The notes under the pieces: generated by a model
Databases searched by the model: none
Seen by the model: the letters and a program-made list of their open reading frames with translations, nothing else
Told to the model about the DNA's origin: nothing
NCBI GenBank assembly: GCA_902618565.1
Contig: CACNAX010000002.1
Span: forward strand, 3,980 to 67,979
Reading direction: 5' to 3'
Origin: an uncultured Pelagibacteraceae bacterium
Lineage (GTDB): Bacteria > Pseudomonadota > Alphaproteobacteria > Pelagibacterales > Pelagibacteraceae
DNA: 64,000 nt
Shown: one piece after another, positions 52,544-64,000 of the stretch
Layout: each line of letters begins with the position of its first letter
How positions within the stretch are numbered: the first letter of the stretch is position 1
Made by a program: the position numbers and the translations under genes

Positions 52544-52851
52544 TATATTTTAATCTCCACATCTACTCCTGATGCCAAATCAAGTTTCATAAGTGCTTCG
52601 ACTGTTGCAGGTGTAGGTTCAATAATATCTATTAATCTTTTATGAGTTCTGGTTTCGAATTGTTCTCTGCTTTTTTTATCAATATGTGGTGATCTTAAAA
52701 CGGTGTATCTCTCTATTTTTGTAGGTAGAGGAATTGGACCTTTAATATTAGCTCCTGTTCTTTTAACAGTATTTACTATCTCCTCAGTGGACTGATCCAA
52801 GACCTTGTTATCATACGCTCTTAATTTTATTCTAATATTTTGTTTATCCAT
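52543..52851 (-). CDS. rpsJ: 30S ribosomal protein S10
   Basis: [28 protein letters not shown]. Confidence 0.98.
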   Translation of the reverse strand: MDKQNIRIKLRAYDNKVLDQSTEEIVNTVKRTGANIKGPIPLPTKIERYTVLRSPHIDKKSREQFETRTHKRLIDIIEPTPATVEALMKLDLASGVDVEIKI

Positions 52852-52853
52852 AA

Positions 52854-54929
52854 TTAACCTGTTTTCTTGGTTACCTCGTCTTGAACATTTTGTGGAACCT
52901 TGTCGTAATGATCAAAAAACATTGAGTATTGAGCTCTACCTTGTGACATAGATCTTAAGCTATTTATATAGCCAAACATATTTGCTAATGGCACCATTGC
53001 TGTTATTACTGTTGCATTTCCTCTTTGCTCTTGTGTACTTATTTGACCTCTTCTACTATTCAAATCACCTATTACATCGCCCATATAATCTTCTGGAGTA
53101 ACTACTTCTACTCTCATTACTGGTTCTAAAAGCTTCAGAGTTCCTCGAGCACATGCCTCTTTAAAACATTGTCTAGAAGCAAGTTCAAAAGCTAATACAC
53201 TTGAGTCAACATCATGGTGTAAACCATCTAAGATTGTAACTTTATAATCAATTAAAGGAAATCCAGCTAAAATACCACCGTCGGCTATTGTCTCTACACC
53301 TTTTTCAACACCCGGTATAAATTCTTTTGGTATTGCTCCACCTTTTATTTTGCTTTCAATTTCTCTACCCTTGCCTGGTTCTAGTGGTTCAACAGATAAT
53401 TTTACTCTAGCAAACTGTCCTGCTCCACCACTCTGCTTTTTATGAGTATAATCAAATTCAGCTGCACTCAATATTGTTTCTCTATAAGCAACTTGAGGCG
53501 CACCTACATTTGCTTCAACTTTGAATTCTCTTTTCATTCTATCAACAATAATATCTAGATGTAATTCACCCATACCTTTAATTATTGTTTGACCTGACTC
53601 TTCGTCTGATGAGACTCTAAATGATGGATCTTCTTTAGCTAATCTTCCTAATGCTTCACCCATTTTTTCTTGATCAGCTTTTGATTTAGGCTCAACTGCA
53701 ATTTCTATAACTGGATCTGGAAACTCCATTGGTTCAAGTAATACTGGTGCATCTTTATTTGCCAATGTATGGCCAGTTATTGTATTTTTTAATCCAGCGA
53801 GCGCAACTATATCACCTGCACTTGCTTCTTTAATGTCTTCTCTTGAATTAGCATGCATTAAAAGCATTCTTCCAACTCTTTCTTCTTTATCTGAAGAAGT
53901 ATTATAAACTCCAGTTCCAGATTTAACTGTGCCTGAGTAAATTCTGATAAATGTAAGACTTCCTACGAACGGATCTGTTGCTACTTTAAAAGCTAAAGCT
54001 GAAAAAGGCGCACTATCTTCAAACTTCATTTCAATTTCATCATCGGATCCAGGTTTTGTTCCCATAATAGATCCAAGGTCCTCTGGACTTGGTAAGTAAT
54101 CAACAACAGCATCTAATAATGGTTGGACACCTTTATTTTTAAATGCAGAACCTGTTAAAACTGGTACGAATTCGAAATTTAAACATCCTTTTCTTACACA
54201 TTTAATTAAATCTTCTTGTTTAATTTCTTCACCGCCTAAATAAGCTTCCATTAATTTTTCATCTTGCTCTACAGCAGTCTCAACTAATTCTTGTCTGTAT
54301 TTATCACATGTCTCTTTAAGATCATCTGGAATATCTTTTTCTTCCCATTCAGCACCAAGGTCCTCGTTTTTCCAAACTATTGCTTTCATTTTAACTAAAT
54401 CAACAACACCTTGTAATGATGCCTCTATTCCAATAGGTATCTGCATAACTAAAGGTTTAGCTCCAAGCCTATCTTTGATCATATCCACGCATCTAAAGAA
54501 ATCTGCTCCAGTTCTATCAAGTTTGTTTACAAAACAAATTCTAGGAACTTTATATTTATCAGCTTGTCTCCAAACTGTTTCTGATTGAGGTTCAACACCT
54601 GCAACACCATCAAATACTGCAACAGCACCGTCCAAAACTTTTAAAGATCTTTCAACTTCAATTGTAAAATCTACGTGTCCTGGGGTATCGATAATATTAA
54701 TTCTATGCTCTCTCCAAAAACAAGTTGTAGCAGCTGATGTAATTGTAATACCTCTCTCCTGCTCTTGTTCCATCCAATCCATTGTGGCAGCACCATCATG
54801 AACTTCGCCTATTTTATGACTCTTGCCTGTATAATATAAAATTCTTTCTGTAGTTGTTGTTTTACCAGCATCTATATGAGCCATGATACCAATGTTTCTA
54901 TATTTATTTAGTGGATGAGTTTTTGCCAT
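52854..54929 (-). CDS. fusA: elongation factor G
   Basis: [33 protein letters not shown]; start set to ATG at 54929 (MAKTHP). Confidence 0.98.
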   Translation of the reverse strand: MAKTHPLNKYRNIGIMAHIDAGKTTTTERILYYTGKSHKIGEVHDGAATMDWMEQEQERGITITSAATTCFWREHRINIIDTPGHVDFTIEVERSLKVLDGAVAVFDGVAGVEPQSETVWRQADKYKVPRICFVNKLDRTGADFFRCVDMIKDRLGAKPLVMQIPIGIEASLQGVVDLVKMKAIVWKNEDLGAEWEEKDIPDDLKETCDKYRQELVETAVEQDEKLMEAYLGGEEIKQEDLIKCVRKGCLNFEFVPVLTGSAFKNKGVQPLLDAVVDYLPSPEDLGSIMGTKPGSDDEIEMKFEDSAPFSALAFKVATDPFVGSLTFIRIYSGTVKSGTGVYNTSSDKEERVGRMLLMHANSREDIKEASAGDIVALAGLKNTITGHTLANKDAPVLLEPMEFPDPVIEIAVEPKSKADQEKMGEALGRLAKEDPSFRVSSDEESGQTIIKGMGELHLDIIVDRMKREFKVEANVGAPQVAYRETILSAAEFDYTHKKQSGGAGQFARVKLSVEPLEPGKGREIESKIKGGAIPKEFIPGVEKGVETIADGGILAGFPLIDYKVTILDGLHHDVDSSVLAFELASRQCFKEACARGTLKLLEPVMRVEVVTPEDYMGDVIGDLNSRRGQISTQEQRGNATVITAMVPLANMFGYINSLRSMSQGRAQYSMFFDHYDKVPQNVQDEVTKKTG

Positions 54930-54934
54930 ATTAT

Positions 54935-55405
54935 TTACCATCTAAAATGTGCAAAAGCCTTATTTGACTCTGCCATTTTATGTGTATCTTCTTTCTTTTT
55001 TATTGCTGAACCTCTTTTTTGATAAGCATCAAAAATTTCATTAAATAACTTATCTGACATTTTTTTATCTTTTCTTTTTCTTGATGCATCAATAATCCAT
55101 CTTAGTGCTAATGCTTGTGACCTTTTAGCTTTAACTTCTACTGGAACTTGATAGGTAGCTCCACCGACACGTCTTGATCGAACTTCTACAGTTGGTCTTA
55201 CATTATTTATTGCATCATTAAATACTGTTAAAGGTTCGTCTTTTGATTTTGATTTAATTTTATCAATCGCATCATAAACGATTTTTTCTGCTATAGTTTT
55301 TTTACCATCTAACATTATAGAATTGATTAATTTTGGAATTATTACTGATTTATATTTAGGATCTACGATTGGAATTTTTTTGGGAGCTTTTCTTTTTCGA
55401 GACAT
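54935..55405 (-). CDS. rpsG: 30S ribosomal protein S7
   Basis: [36 protein letters not shown]. Confidence 0.98.
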   Translation of the reverse strand: MSRKRKAPKKIPIVDPKYKSVIIPKLINSIMLDGKKTIAEKIVYDAIDKIKSKSKDEPLTVFNDAINNVRPTVEVRSRRVGGATYQVPVEVKAKRSQALALRWIIDASRKRKDKKMSDKLFNEIFDAYQKRGSAIKKKEDTHKMAESNKAFAHFRW

Positions 55406-55407
55406 GA

Positions 55408-55779
55408 TTATTTACCTTTTTTCGTTCCATATAAAGAACGTCTCTGTTTTCTATTTGCTACCCCTTGGGTATCTAAGTTACCACGTAGTATATGATATCT
55501 TACACCAGGCAAATCTTTAACTCGTCCACCTCTTATCAATACTACTGAGTGCTCTTGTAAATTATGTCCCTCTCCAGGAATATATGCCGTAACTTCAAAA
55601 CCATTTGATAATCTAACTCTTGCAACTTTTCTTAGTGCCGAGTTTGGTTTTTTTGGTGTAGTTGTATAAACTTTTACACAAACACCTCTTTTTAAAGGTT
55701 GTTTTTGTAATGCAGGAACTTTGTTCCTAGCAATTTGTTTTTCTCGACCTTTTCTTAGCAACTGATTTATTGTTGGCAT
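55408..55779 (-). CDS. rpsL: 30S ribosomal protein S12
   Basis: [29 protein letters not shown]; true start at 55779. Confidence 0.98.
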   Translation of the reverse strand: MPTINQLLRKGREKQIARNKVPALQKQPLKRGVCVKVYTTTPKKPNSALRKVARVRLSNGFEVTAYIPGEGHNLQEHSVVLIRGGRVKDLPGVRYHILRGNLDTQGVANRKQRRSLYGTKKGK

Positions 55780-55804
55780 AAAATATAATATAATTTTGAT
55801 TTTA

Positions 55805-55872
55805 GATGAAATAACTGTCAGGTTATTTGTGGCAGCGTTTAGTGAACTAGTCACTACATTCCAACCAAAAAC
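55805..55872 (-). promoter_or_regulatory. structured rpsL 5' leader RNA (candidate ribosomal-protein autoregulatory element)
   Basis: GC-richer than flanks; hairpins UAGUGA-CUAGU-UCACUA (55856-55840) and AAAUAAC-CUGACA-GUUAUUU (55828-55809); from memory, a structured rpsL leader has been described for Pelagibacter/Rickettsiales. Confidence 0.7.
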
Positions 55873-55878
55873 ACGCAC

Positions 55879-55906
55879 AAAATACTATAGAAATTCCATT
55901 TGTCAA
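55879..55906 (-). promoter_or_regulatory. putative sigma70 promoter of the str operon
   Basis: Minus strand TTGACA (55906-55901) - 16 nt - TATTTT (55884-55879). Confidence 0.55.
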
Positions 55907-55935
55907 ATTAAAAGACATGGAAAAATGACGATTTT

Positions 55936-58900
55936 TTATTGATTTACGGGGCTTTCTGCTTGCTCGATCTTCTCGTTTTCAGCAATGAATTTTTCGTCGT
56001 CTAAACGAGCTTTCTTGTTCCACAAATTTTTAACAGATCCAGTTCCTGCAGGAACTAATCTACCAACTATAACATTTTCTTTTAATCCTGATAACTTATC
56101 TACCTTACCTTTTATAGCAGCGTCTGTTAAAACTCTTGTTGTTTCTTGGAAAGAAGCAGCTGAAATAAATGACTCTGTTTGAAGTGAAGCCTTAGTTATT
56201 CCCATTAAAACTCTCTCTCCAACTGCAGGGTTTTTACCATCTTTAATTAGCTGCTCGTTCATATTCTCGAACCTTATTCTATCAATAATTTCTCCAGGAA
56301 GTAATGTGCTGTCGCCTTGAGTTTTAACTTCAACTTTTTTCAGCATTTGTCTTAAAATAACTTCAATGTGCTTATCATTTATTATTACACCTTGTAGTCT
56401 ATAAACATCTTGTACCTGGTTTACGAAATATTCAGTTAATTCTTCAATACCTAAAATTCTAAGAATATCATGCGGCAATGGTTGACCATCTAACAAGTAT
56501 TCACCTTTTTTAATTTTTTCACCTTGATTAAAATTAATATGTTTTCCTTTTGGTATTAAATAACTTGAAGTATCACCATTTTCAGATTCTATTGTTACTC
56601 TTTGCTTGCCTCTTACCTCTTTACCAAATATTACTTTACCATCATTCTCAGCAATAATTGCACTATCTTTTGCTTTTCTTGCTTCAAATAATTCAGCAAC
56701 TCTTGGTAAACCTCCTGTAATATCTTTAGTCTTTGTAGTCTCTTTAGGCAATCTAGCTATTACATCTCCAGCCGAAATTTTTTGACCATCTTTGACAGAT
56801 AAAATTGAGTCTGGAACTAAGTAGTATCTTGCTTCATTATCGTCGGCTTTTTTAACAACATTTCCTTTTGAATCTCTTAAAGTAATTCTTGGTTTTAAAT
56901 CTGTATTTTTAGATTGAGTTTTCCAATCTACGACTGCTTTAGTAGAAATTCCAGTTGCATCATCAGTTGTTTCAGCAATAGATACACCATCTATTAAATC
57001 TACATAGTTTGCTATTCCATCTTTTTCAGCAATAACTGGTGTTGTGTATGGATCCCACTCACATATTTTAGAACCTTTTTTAACTTTATCTCCATTCTCA
57101 AAGAAAAGTTTTGATCCATATGGAACTTTATATGCAGCTACTTGTAATCCATTATCATCTTCTATTGATAATTCAGTATTTCTACCCATTACAATTAAAT
57201 TCTTTTTTGAATCTACTAATAGATTTGTGTTAACAATTTTCAATATACCATCATTATTAGATACAATTTGAGAGTCTTGTTTAACTGATGCTGTTCCTCC
57301 AACGTGAAAAGTTCTCATTGTAAGCTGAGTTCCTGGTTCACCGATAGACTGAGCAGATATCATTCCAATCGCTTCACCAACATGAACCATTTTACCTCTT
57401 GATAAATCTCTACCATAACATGTGGCGCATACACCTTCTTTTAAACTACATGTCATTACAGAGTAAACATTCAAGTTTTTTACACCAGCAGAGTCAATTT
57501 TCTCACATGCAGCTTCATCGATCATACTATTCTTCTTTATTAAAACTTCACCAGTTAATGGATTTTTAACGTCTTTTGCGGTTACTCTTCCAAGAGCTCT
57601 TTCTGATAAGCTGACCATTATGTTTCCACCCTCTAAGACCTCGGTAAGTTTTATAAAGCTTGGGTTATCACATTTTACTTGAGTAATAGTTAAATCTTGA
57701 GCTACATCGCAAAGTCTTCTAGTTAAGTATCCTGAGCTTGCTGTCTTTAATGCTGTGTCAGCTAATCCTTTTCTAGCACCGTGTGTTGAATTAAAATATT
57801 CTAGTGCTGTTAAACCCTCTTTAAAATTAGATGTAATTGGAGACTCTATAATTTCTCCAGATGGTTTAGCAATTAAACCTCTCATTCCAGCTAATTGTTT
57901 CATTTGAGCGGCTGAACCCCTTGCGCCACTATCTGCCATCATAAATACTGAGTTAATTTTTAATCCATCTTCAGTCATTTCTGTAGCAGAAATTCTTTTC
58001 ATCATTTCTGATGCTACTTTATCGGTACATTTTGACCACGCATCAATAACTTTGTTGTATTTTTCACCTCTAGTTATTAATCCTTCTGCATATTGATTTT
58101 CATAATCAGAAATTAGTTTTTTAGTTTCATCAATTAATTGTTGTTTGTTATCTGGAATTACTAAATCGTCTTTACCAAATGATATTCCAGCTTTGAAAGC
58201 ATGTTTAAATCCAAGATCCTTTAATTTATCACAAAATATTACAGTGCTTTTCTGACCTGAAAATCGGAATACGTGATCAATAACCTCGGATACTATTTTC
58301 TTAGGTAATAATCTGTCAACTAATGCAAATTTATTATTTATATTTTTTGGAATTAAGTTTGCTAATAAAAATCTTCCAGCAGTACTAATATGTTTTTCAT
58401 ATTTAGTATTACCTTTTTCATCAACAGTTGCAAATCTAGACACAATTCTTGAATGAACTTTAATTTGACCAATTTCTAAAGCATGCTCAATCTCAGAAGT
58501 ATTTACAAAATATCCCTCAACTCTATCTGTTTGATAAGGTGGTTGAGAAAGATAGTAAATTCCTAAAATCATATCCTGACTTGGAACAATTATAGGTTTT
58601 CCATTTGATGGACTTAAAATATTATTTGTAGACATCATTAGAACTCTTGCTTCTAATTGAGCTTCTAAACTTAATGGTACGTGTACTGCCATTTGATCCC
58701 CGTCAAAATCTGCATTAAATGCAGCACAAGTTAGTGGATGTAATTCAATGGCATTGCCTTCTATCAATTTTGGTTCAAATGCTTGAACACCTAATCTATG
58801 TAGCGTTGGCGCTCTATTTAATATAACCGGATGTTCTCTAACTATTAACTCTAATGCATCCCAAACTTCATTTCTTTCTCTTTCAACAAGTTTCTTCGCT

Positions 58901-60099
58901 TGCTTTATTGTAGAAGCTAATCCAAGTTTGTTTAATCTTGCGTATAAAAAAGGTTTAAATAATTCTAAAGCCATTTTTTTTGGCAGACCACACTCATGTA
59001 ATTTTAAGTCTGGTCCAACAACGATTACTGATCTCCCAGAATAATCTACTCTTTTACCTAGCAAATTTTGTCTAAATCTTCCTTGTTTACCCTTAAGCAT
59101 TTCTGCTAAAGATTTCAAAGGTCTTTTCCCTGTTCCTGTAATTACTCTTCCCCTTCTTCCGTTATCAAATAATGCATCAACAGACTCTTGGAGCATTCTT
59201 TTTTCATTTCTCACGATTATGTCTGGAGCTTTTAAATCCATTAACCTTTTTAAACGGTTATTTCTATTTATAACTCTTCTATACAAGTCATTTAAATCAG
59301 ATGTAGCAAATCTCCCTCCATCTAATGGAACTAATGGTCTTAACTCTGGTGGTATCACTGGTATTGTTGTTAAAATCATCCACTCAGGTTTATTTCCGGT
59401 TTCTATAAAAGACTCAATTAATTTTAATCTTTTTATAGATCTTTCCTCTGAAACTTTTGATTTTGTCTCTTTAATAGATTTAATGAGTGACTCTTTTTCT
59501 TGATCTAAATCTATCGACTTTAGTATTTCTAAAATTGCTTCAGCTCCAATTCCTGCAGTAAATGCTTCTTCACCATACTCATCTTGGTATTTTATAAGTT
59601 CTTCCTCACCTAAAAGCTGGTTCTTTTTTAAACCTGTTAAACCTGGTTCAATAACGATGAAATTTTCAAAATATAGTACTCTTTCTACCTCTTTAAGCTT
59701 CATATCTATTGCAAGAGATATTCTGCTAGGTAAGGATTTTAAAAACCATATATGAGCAACTGGAGTTGCTAAATTTATGTGACCCATTCTTTCACGTCTT
59801 ACATTTGATTTTGTTACCTCAACTCCACATTTTTCACATATAATTCCTCTGAATTTCATTCGCTTATACTTGCCACAAAGACATTCATAATCTTTTATAG
59901 GTCCAAATATTCTTGCACAAAATAATCCATCCTTTTCAGGTCTAAAAGTTCTGTAATTTATTGTTTCAGGCTTTTTAATTTCTCCATAAGTCCAAGATTT
60001 GATTTTCTCTGGACTAGCAAGGGTTATTTTTATGCTATTAAAATTTTGAGCTTCTGAAATTTCTGAAGATTTAAATAGATCTGTTAATTCTTTACTCAT
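55936..60099 (-). CDS. rpoC: RNA polymerase beta' subunit
   Basis: CLCGKYK..CEKC Zn finger, [21 protein letters not shown] active site, [13 protein letters not shown]. Confidence 0.99.
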   Translation of the reverse strand: MSKELTDLFKSSEISEAQNFNSIKITLASPEKIKSWTYGEIKKPETINYRTFRPEKDGLFCARIFGPIKDYECLCGKYKRMKFRGIICEKCGVEVTKSNVRRERMGHINLATPVAHIWFLKSLPSRISLAIDMKLKEVERVLYFENFIVIEPGLTGLKKNQLLGEEELIKYQDEYGEEAFTAGIGAEAILEILKSIDLDQEKESLIKSIKETKSKVSEERSIKRLKLIESFIETGNKPEWMILTTIPVIPPELRPLVPLDGGRFATSDLNDLYRRVINRNNRLKRLMDLKAPDIIVRNEKRMLQESVDALFDNGRRGRVITGTGKRPLKSLAEMLKGKQGRFRQNLLGKRVDYSGRSVIVVGPDLKLHECGLPKKMALELFKPFLYARLNKLGLASTIKQAKKLVERERNEVWDALELIVREHPVILNRAPTLHRLGVQAFEPKLIEGNAIELHPLTCAAFNADFDGDQMAVHVPLSLEAQLEARVLMMSTNNILSPSNGKPIIVPSQDMILGIYYLSQPPYQTDRVEGYFVNTSEIEHALEIGQIKVHSRIVSRFATVDEKGNTKYEKHISTAGRFLLANLIPKNINNKFALVDRLLPKKIVSEVIDHVFRFSGQKSTVIFCDKLKDLGFKHAFKAGISFGKDDLVIPDNKQQLIDETKKLISDYENQYAEGLITRGEKYNKVIDAWSKCTDKVASEMMKRISATEMTEDGLKINSVFMMADSGARGSAAQMKQLAGMRGLIAKPSGEIIESPITSNFKEGLTALEYFNSTHGARKGLADTALKTASSGYLTRRLCDVAQDLTITQVKCDNPSFIKLTEVLEGGNIMVSLSERALGRVTAKDVKNPLTGEVLIKKNSMIDEAACEKIDSAGVKNLNVYSVMTCSLKEGVCATCYGRDLSRGKMVHVGEAIGMISAQSIGEPGTQLTMRTFHVGGTASVKQDSQIVSNNDGILKIVNTNLLVDSKKNLIVMGRNTELSIEDDNGLQVAAYKVPYGSKLFFENGDKVKKGSKICEWDPYTTPVIAEKDGIANYVDLIDGVSIAETTDDATGISTKAVVDWKTQSKNTDLKPRITLRDSKGNVVKKADDNEARYYLVPDSILSVKDGQKISAGDVIARLPKETTKTKDITGGLPRVAELFEARKAKDSAIIAENDGKVIFGKEVRGKQRVTIESENGDTSSYLIPKGKHINFNQGEKIKKGEYLLDGQPLPHDILRILGIEELTEYFVNQVQDVYRLQGVIINDKHIEVILRQMLKKVEVKTQGDSTLLPGEIIDRIRFENMNEQLIKDGKNPAVGERVLMGITKASLQTESFISAASFQETTRVLTDAAIKGKVDKLSGLKENVIVGRLVPAGTGSVKNLWNKKARLDDEKFIAENEKIEQAESPVNQ

Positions 60100-60100
60100 A

Positions 60101-63100
60101 TTAATTTAGCTCCACATTTAGTGCTAGAGATTTAATTTCTTTAACTAAAACATTAAATGACTCAGGTATTCCTGATTCAAAATTTTCCTCACCTTTAACT
60201 ATAGTTTCATAAACTTTAACTCTTCCAGCTACATCATCCGACTTGACAGTAAGAATTTCTTGTAATGTGTATGAAGCTCCATAAGCCTCTAATGCCCAAA
60301 CTTCCATTTCACCAAATCGCTGACCTCCTAATTGTGCTTTACCGCCAAGAGGTTGTTGTGTTACTAAGCTGTAAGGACCAGTAGATCTCGCATGGATTTT
60401 ATCTTCAACTAGATGATGAAGTTTTAACATATAAATCGTTCCAACTGTAACAGGTCTATCAAATTTCTCGCCTGTTCTTCCATCCCAAAGTGTAGTTTGA
60501 CCAGAGTTTGGTAATTCAGCTAATTCTAACATTTTGGTAACATCGTTTTCTTTAGCACCATCAAAAACTGGTGTAGCTATTGGAACACCATGTCTTATAT
60601 TTGAACATAAATCCTCAAATTCAGATTGATTTAATTTTTCAATGTCTTCATCGTATATTTCTTTACCATACACATTCTTCAAAAATGATTTAATCTTCTC
60701 TGTCTTTTCAATTTTCTTTTGGTTTTCATTTACTAACTGATTTAACTTCTCACCTAACTCTGTGCAGGACCATCCTAAATGTGTCTCTAATATTTGACCA
60801 ACATTCATCCTGCTCGGAACACCTAATGGGTTCAGAACTATATCAACTGGTTTACCATTTTCTCTATAGGGCATATCTTCAACTGGAACTATTTTACTTA
60901 CAACACCTTTGTTTCCATGCCTTCCAGACATTTTATCTCCTGGTCTTAGCCTTCTTTTTATAGCAACAAAAACTTTAACCATTTTCATAACACTAGGTAA
61001 TAAATCGTCACCTTGTCTAATTTTTAAAACTTTATCTTCAAATCTTTCTTGAATATCTTGTTTAGCACTATTGTACTGATCTTTAATTTGAGAAAGAGAA
61101 GATTCTTTATCTTGTTCATCTACTGATATTTTAAATAGATCAGAAATAGGTAAATTATTGATTATATTCTCAGTCAAAACTGTATTTGCCTCAACATCTT
61201 TAACTTTTTTATTAATTTTTGTTCCATTTAATATTGATGACAATCTCTGTTTTATACTTCTTTCTAAAATTTCTTCTTCAACCTTTTTGTCTTCTTGAAC
61301 ACTCTCGATTTCTGCTCGCTCAATAGTTATTGATCTTTCATCTTTATCTATACCATGTCTATTAAATACTCTTACATCAACTACTATACCTCCACTTCCA
61401 CTTGGCATTTTTAATGATGTATCAGTAACATCAATTGCTTTTTCTCCAAATATTGACCTTAGTAATTTTTCCTCTGGACCTGATGCTGTATCACCTTTTG
61501 GAGTTACTTTTCCTACCAAAATATCACCTGGTTTGACTTCTGCACCAATATACACAATTCCTGACTCATCAAGGTTCTTTAATGACTCCTCATTAACATT
61601 TGGAATATCTCTTGTGATATCTTCCTCGCCTAATTTCGTATCTCTAGCCATAATTTCATATTCTTCTATATGAATTGAAGTGAATACGTCGTCTGTTACA
61701 CATCTCTCTGAAATTAAAATAGAGTCTTCAAAATTATATCCTTGCCATGGCATGAAAGCCACAGTTACATTTTTACCTAAGGCTAACTCTCCAACTTTTG
61801 TAGATGGACCATCAGCTATAATATCGCCAGATTTAACTTTATCTCCAACTCTAACTAATGGTTTTTGATTAATACAAGTATTTTGATTAGATCTTTTAAA
61901 TTTTTGAAGATTATATATGTCAACACCAGATTTTGAATAATCCTTCTCGCTTGAGGCCTTTATTACTATTCTTTTACCATCGATTTTATCAACGACACCA
62001 TCTCTTTTTGCAACGATTGTAACGCCTGAGTCTAATGCAACATCACTTTCAATACCTGTGCCAACAAGTGGGGCTTCTGGTTTCAATAATGGTACTGCTT
62101 GTCTCATCATGTTTGAACCCATTAATGCTCTATTAGCATCATCATTTTCTAAGAAAGGAATTAAGGAAGCTGCAACTGATACAAGTTGTTTTGGAGAAAC
62201 ATCTATGTAGTCGATATTATCAGGTTTAGCCAATATAAAATTTAGATTTTGTCTACAAGAAACTAACTCTTCTGTAAATTTTCCATTTTTGTCGATTAAA
62301 GAATTTGCTTGGGCGATTGTAAATTTTGTTTCTTCCATAGCTGATAGGTATTCAATATTATTTTGAACAATTCCATCTTTTACTTTTTTATATGGACTTT
62401 CGATAAATCCATATTTATTAATCTTAGAATAAGTTGATAAACTATTTATTAACCCAATATTTGGTCCTTCTGGTGTTTCTATAGGGCAGATTCTACCATA
62501 ATGAGTTGGATGAACATCTCTTACTTCAAACCCAGCTCTTTCTCTAGTTAAACCTCCTGGACCTAAAGCTGAGACTCGTCTTTTATGAGTAATTTCAGAT
62601 AGTGGGTTTGTTTGATCCATAAATTGTGATAATTGGGATGTTGCAAAAAAATCTTTTAAAGAAATTGTCAAAGGTTTAGCGTTTATTAAATCCTGTGGCA
62701 TTGCAGACTCTACATCAAGGGTTGTCATCTTTTCTTTTATTGCTCTTTCCATTCTGTAGACACCTATACGTGCTTGATTTTCAACAAGTTCACCTACAGA
62801 TCTAACTCTTCTATTGCCTAAATGATCAATATCATCGACTTCATCTTTGCCATCTCTAAGATCAAGCATTTTTTGAATAATTGCTAAAATATCGTCATTT
62901 CTTAAGATTGTAATTTTATCAGAACAATTTAATTCTAACCTTGAATTCATTTTTACTCTTCCAACATCTGATAAATCATATCTATCAGAGCTAAAAAATA
63001 GATTATTAAATATTTGAGTGGCTATTTCTATTGTTGGAGGTTCTCCAGGTCTTAAAACTTTATAAATTTCAGTAATTGCATCATTTTTATTTTCGTTTTT

Positions 63101-64000
63101 ATCATTAAAAATACTTAGTAATAAGTATGGACCTTTACTTATTGAGTTAGTTCTAGAAATATCTAAAGATTTAATATTAGCATCAATAATTTTACTAATT
63201 ATAGTCTCATTTATTTCTGTTCCAATTTTTAATGCATCCTCTCCAACTGTAATATCTCTATGTAAAAACTTACCATACAAAGACTCGCTAGAAACATAAA
63301 TTTCTTTAAGACCATCGTTTGATAATTTTTTTGCAGTTAAAAAGTTTATTTTTTCTCCTAATTTTACAACTACTTTATTATTTTTTGCATCAATTACTTC
63401 TTCTGAAAAATTTTTGGCTTTGTAATTTTCTGGATCAAATTTAGTTTTCCACTTATTTAAATTTTTATCATAATTTAATGTTTCTTTTTGATAAAATTCA
63501 TCAACAATGTCGTTTTTTGAAAATCCTAAAGCTTGTAATAATGTAGAAACTAAAATTTTCTTTTTCCTGTCAATTCTAAAGTATAATAGATCCTTAACAT
63601 CAAATTCGAAGTCTAGCCAAGAACCTCTATTGGGAATTACACGACAGTTAAATAACAGTTTACCACTAGCGTGTGATTTTCCCTTATCATGATCAAAGAA
63701 TACACCTGGGCTCCTATGCATTTGATTAACAACAACTCTTTGAACTCCATTAGTTATAAAAGTCCCACTATTTGTCATCATTGGAACTTCCCCCATATAA
63801 ACTTCTTGTTCTTTTGCTGATAAAATATCCTTTGTATTATTTTCTTGATCTATTTCATAAACAACTAGTCTAAGTGTACATTTAAGTGCAGCAGAATAAG
63901 TTAAACCTCTAGCTATACATTCTTCAACATCAAATTTAGGTTTCTCTAATTTATAAGATACATATTCTAAGGTTGCTTTATCATTTAGGTCTTCAATTGG
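60101..64000 (-). CDS. rpoB: RNA polymerase beta subunit (5' end outside the window)
   Basis: [42 protein letters not shown]; frame stays open upstream of 63796 to the window edge ([16 protein letters not shown]...EQEVYM). Confidence 0.99.
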   Translation of the reverse strand, partial: PIEDLNDKATLEYVSYKLEKPKFDVEECIARGLTYSAALKCTLRLVVYEIDQENNTKDILSAKEQEVYMGEVPMMTNSGTFITNGVQRVVVNQMHRSPGVFFDHDKGKSHASGKLLFNCRVIPNRGSWLDFEFDVKDLLYFRIDRKKKILVSTLLQALGFSKNDIVDEFYQKETLNYDKNLNKWKTKFDPENYKAKNFSEEVIDAKNNKVVVKLGEKINFLTAKKLSNDGLKEIYVSSESLYGKFLHRDITVGEDALKIGTEINETIISKIIDANIKSLDISRTNSISKGPYLLLSIFNDKNENKNDAITEIYKVLRPGEPPTIEIATQIFNNLFFSSDRYDLSDVGRVKMNSRLELNCSDKITILRNDDILAIIQKMLDLRDGKDEVDDIDHLGNRRVRSVGELVENQARIGVYRMERAIKEKMTTLDVESAMPQDLINAKPLTISLKDFFATSQLSQFMDQTNPLSEITHKRRVSALGPGGLTRERAGFEVRDVHPTHYGRICPIETPEGPNIGLINSLSTYSKINKYGFIESPYKKVKDGIVQNNIEYLSAMEETKFTIAQANSLIDKNGKFTEELVSCRQNLNFILAKPDNIDYIDVSPKQLVSVAASLIPFLENDDANRALMGSNMMRQAVPLLKPEAPLVGTGIESDVALDSGVTIVAKRDGVVDKIDGKRIVIKASSEKDYSKSGVDIYNLQKFKRSNQNTCINQKPLVRVGDKVKSGDIIADGPSTKVGELALGKNVTVAFMPWQGYNFEDSILISERCVTDDVFTSIHIEEYEIMARDTKLGEEDITRDIPNVNEESLKNLDESGIVYIGAEVKPGDILVGKVTPKGDTASGPEEKLLRSIFGEKAIDVTDTSLKMPSGSGGIVVDVRVFNRHGIDKDERSITIERAEIESVQEDKKVEEEILERSIKQRLSSILNGTKINKKVKDVEANTVLTENIINNLPISDLFKISVDEQDKESSLSQIKDQYNSAKQDIQERFEDKVLKIRQGDDLLPSVMKMVKVFVAIKRRLRPGDKMSGRHGNKGVVSKIVPVEDMPYRENGKPVDIVLNPLGVPSRMNVGQILETHLGWSCTELGEKLNQLVNENQKKIEKTEKIKSFLKNVYGKEIYDEDIEKLNQSEFEDLCSNIRHGVPIATPVFDGAKENDVTKMLELAELPNSGQTTLWDGRTGEKFDRPVTVGTIYMLKLHHLVEDKIHARSTGPYSLVTQQPLGGKAQLGGQRFGEMEVWALEAYGASYTLQEILTVKSDDVAGRVKVYETIVKGEENFESGIPESFNVLVKEIKSLALNVELN

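Noticed and set aside
55780-55878. 33-aa N-terminal extension of S12 from a GTG
   Set aside because: The conserved start MPTINQL is at 55779; the GTG lies immediately after the predicted -10 box and the region is better explained as structured leader
60095-60105. Possible rpoB-rpoC fusion
   Set aside because: rpoB ends in TAA and rpoC starts 1 nt later in a different frame
5212-63692. Many 60-125 aa ORFs overlapping real genes (e.g. 10678-11049, 24745-25086, 41493-41786, 59219-59503)
   Set aside because: All lie antisense to or out of frame within well-supported genes and have the F/L/S/I-rich composition expected from AT-rich codon bias
1-64000. CRISPR arrays, IS elements, prophage, toxin-antitoxin or defence systems, FMN or glycine riboswitches
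   Set aside because: No repeat-spacer pattern or such genes seen; intergenic gaps upstream of the rib, glyA and sox genes are too short for these riboswitches

Overview
Very AT-rich, extremely gene-dense core-genome window whose gene content, order and protein sequences point to a streamlined marine alphaproteobacterium, most likely SAR11/Pelagibacteraceae (inference; no search run). It holds a putative operon (Fe/2OG oxygenase-rpiB-glyA-nrdR-ribD-ribE-ribB-ribH), hemB, the dapA-smpB-folK-spoT-pyrE-pdxJ-acpS-lepB-rnc-recO string, a lytic transglycosylase, tRNA-Ser(GCT), sarcosine-oxidase-family soxBDAG, gatCAB followed by an O-methyltransferase, trhO and a MATE gene, yqgF-pyrB-pyrC'-plsY-topA-rid, galU-ugd, panC, mgtE, lipB, rluC, the alpha/spc/S10/str ribosomal superoperon, rpoC and most of rpoB. 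I saw no phage, transposon, integrase, CRISPR or defence genes, and nothing I can confidently call a new multi-gene system. Best leads: an O-methyltransferase/trhO pair (possible O2-dependent route to tRNA mo5U), an uncharacterised AspH-like oxygenase heading the glyA/rib operon, a 35-bp nested palindrome between tRNA-Ser and soxB, and several reduced or degenerate core proteins and missing usual neighbours (Rel without its zinc-finger region, CxC NrdR, RibB with a degenerate RibA domain, PyrC'; no rpmD, tuf, era, rpoZ or dprA at their usual positions).
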